From Folioceros fuciformis (taxonomy: Eukaryota): DNA of 64,000 bases. Every line of letters begins with the position of its first letter. The stretch's first letter is position 1. Positions 62,073-64,000 of the stretch are shown piece by piece. The DNA lies in assembly GCA_049999805.1 (NCBI GenBank), contig JBNGIO010005980.1, forward strand, positions 1 through 64,000, in the 5' to 3' direction. Under the pieces are notes generated by a model that saw nothing but the letters and a program-made list of their open reading frames with translations, made no database searches and had not been told where the DNA came from. The position numbers and the translations under genes are program-made.

Positions 62073-63240
62073 CTCACTGGGATCGAAATCATGCTCTTGC
62101 TGCCACAAGATAAGGGCAAGCTGGTCTCTTAAACTTTCTCCTACGGGATGTGCAGCGCTTACACTTGGAATTGTAATGTAGTCATGATCGTGCTAAGGGA
62201 TTGTGTTCATAGCACGGTGTGCATCATTATCTTGCATATCAATAGTGATGTTATGTAGTATACAACAGCATAATGCCAATTTGCCAACTTACTTTGGATA
62301 TGGTGAAACTAGACATTTGTTCAAGATACGCCAAGTGCCTTTTAAAGGTCCAAATGCCCTTTCTACGACAATCCTGCTAGAGCTGTGTTTGTAGTTGAAG
62401 GACTCCTTAAACATGCTCAAGTTTCTGCCGGGGAAGGGAACAACGAGCCAAGGAAGTAATGGAAAACTGGCATCACCAATTATATACTCTTAGATTCTAT
62501 GAGGTCCAAAAAGCATATCAGATCCATGAAGTCGCTCCTTATCTTCTGCTAGTCAGTATAGGCTAGAATTACTAAGAACTCTAGAATCGTTTACACTTCC
62601 TGGCCAGCCAACATAAACATCAATAGCGCCTCTGCAATTTGGTAATCCACGGTGATTTCGGAAACCCATCTCGACCTTACTTGCCTTGTCTCCTGTTGGC
62701 CAATTCACATGGTGGGCTGCACGAGAGGTGAGTGACCGCACAAACCTCCACACCACCTTAGACAAGGTTGACTCAGCTACGCCAAACAATTTGGAAACTA
62801 CTTTAAGAGAATCTCCAGTCCCCAATATTGTGAGAACCATAGCTACCTGTTTTGCAACATGCAACTTACGGTTTGGCAAGGTAATGAGACTTGGAGGAGG
62901 ATGTCTGGTCAAGTCAAGAGCAACAACACTACAGATGTAATTGAATGTGGTTGGGGAGACTTTGATCATCTCTCTCCAACGGTCAAGATCTCCACTTGGA
63001 ACAATTGTCATGAACTTTGCCTACCAATGAAGTGACCGTGGTTTGATGTAGTACATACCTACCCTTCTTTGAGGCTTTCAGTACAATCGAGTTGCTATGC
63101 ATACAAGCAACCACATTGTGGTGAGGAGGGTGTCTTCCTCATCTACCACTCTCATAGGGGAAGAAGAACACAAATGTAGGCACATTTTGTAGGCACTAAG
63201 CTCGATTGTAGATGTAACTGCGATGCTGTGTACTGGGCGC
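62073..63240 (-). mobile_element. PIF/Harbinger DDE transposase pseudogene
   Basis: WREMIKVSPTTFNYIC..KQVAMVL..LGTGDS..FGVAESTLS..WP..GLPNCRGAID..GWPGSVNDSRVL..IIGDAQFPLLPWLVVP..RIVVERAFGPLKGTWRIL..CCILHN. It has stops and an internal deletion. Confidence 0.9.
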
Positions 63241-64000
63241 TTGGGATTGTGACCACAACGGCCATCATAACTGCAAGAATCGGGTGGTCTTGACGATTAG
63301 CCATGATCGCGCTAACATCACAGAACTATTTCTGTTTCTGAGATGCTCACGGTGGCAAAGAACTAGTTTTGAGGTGCACCACCGGGAGCAGCATTTCGTC
63401 TCGGTGAGTGCCCTTAAAAACCAGCACTTTTTGGCCACGTACATGGTGTTATGGAACATGGAAAGTGCCATAAAACTTATTTATCCAAATGGATTTGGGT
63501 ACACATGGAAAGCGGCCCTAACCTCTTTGTGGACCGAAAGGGACATAGTCTTTAAAGAATCGTCCAAATTGGATAGAGAGTGTTAAGTTTCTGGCACAGC
63601 ATATCGGGACAATCAGGAGCTCCCGATTGCGGACCAGAGCGGGAGTTGTTTGTTGTGGGAATTGAGCTTGCATCAGGGCAGATGGCTTGTAATTGTGCAA
63701 AGGGCGACCACGTCCACGGCTCGCCTGCCTTTACGGCTAGGGCATCGCGATGCAGCGGACGACTGGGAAATGATGTGCCAACGGGAGTACATTGCAGGGT
63801 GGCCAATGGTTCCAATGAACTATTGGGAATTGTCTAAGTTCCTGGCCTTCCTACAAGACCATGAGCACCAATGCCTACAAATGGATGGCAATCTGCAAAA
63901 AGTGCCCACACTCTACCAGCTGCATAGTTGGGGGGCAGATGGTGTGGAGTGGAGGTGGACAAACTACTATGACAGAGCATACCGACTGGTGGAATGTCAT

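Noticed and set aside
63260-64000. Short ORFs at the window end
   Set aside because: No recognisable motif and truncated by the window edge; Harbinger TIRs could not be identified either.

Overview
Eukaryotic nuclear DNA from a land plant, probably a non-seed plant (inference from short ~70-120 bp introns, plant gene families and TTTAGGG motifs). It is a TE-rich, pseudogene-rich region with four N-gaps. Apparently intact genes: a 4-exon bHLH+ACT-like transcription factor (1572..3041, +) with a GC-AG intron, and a single-exon DnaJ/DUF3444 gene (38516..41470, -). The window also opens on the Lys/Glu/Asp-rich end of a CDS. Damaged genes: a 14-exon signal peptide peptidase-like gene with three 1-bp frameshifts, a second SPPL remnant, a Sec61-alpha pseudogene split by a Copia element, several heavily decayed NB-ARC/LRR (NLR-like) remnants, and two paralogous decayed ORFs of an unrecognised family. 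Mobile elements: a full-length Ty3/gypsy chromovirus-type element (3901..9801), two truncated Copia elements, a gypsy integrase fragment and a decayed PIF/Harbinger element. The most unusual observation is that all four LTR ends of the full-length gypsy element read 5'-AGTAAC...GTTACT-3' instead of the canonical TG...CA, with the boundaries fixed independently by a 5-bp TSD, the PBS and the PPT. All calls are from reading the sequence by eye; no database searches were run.
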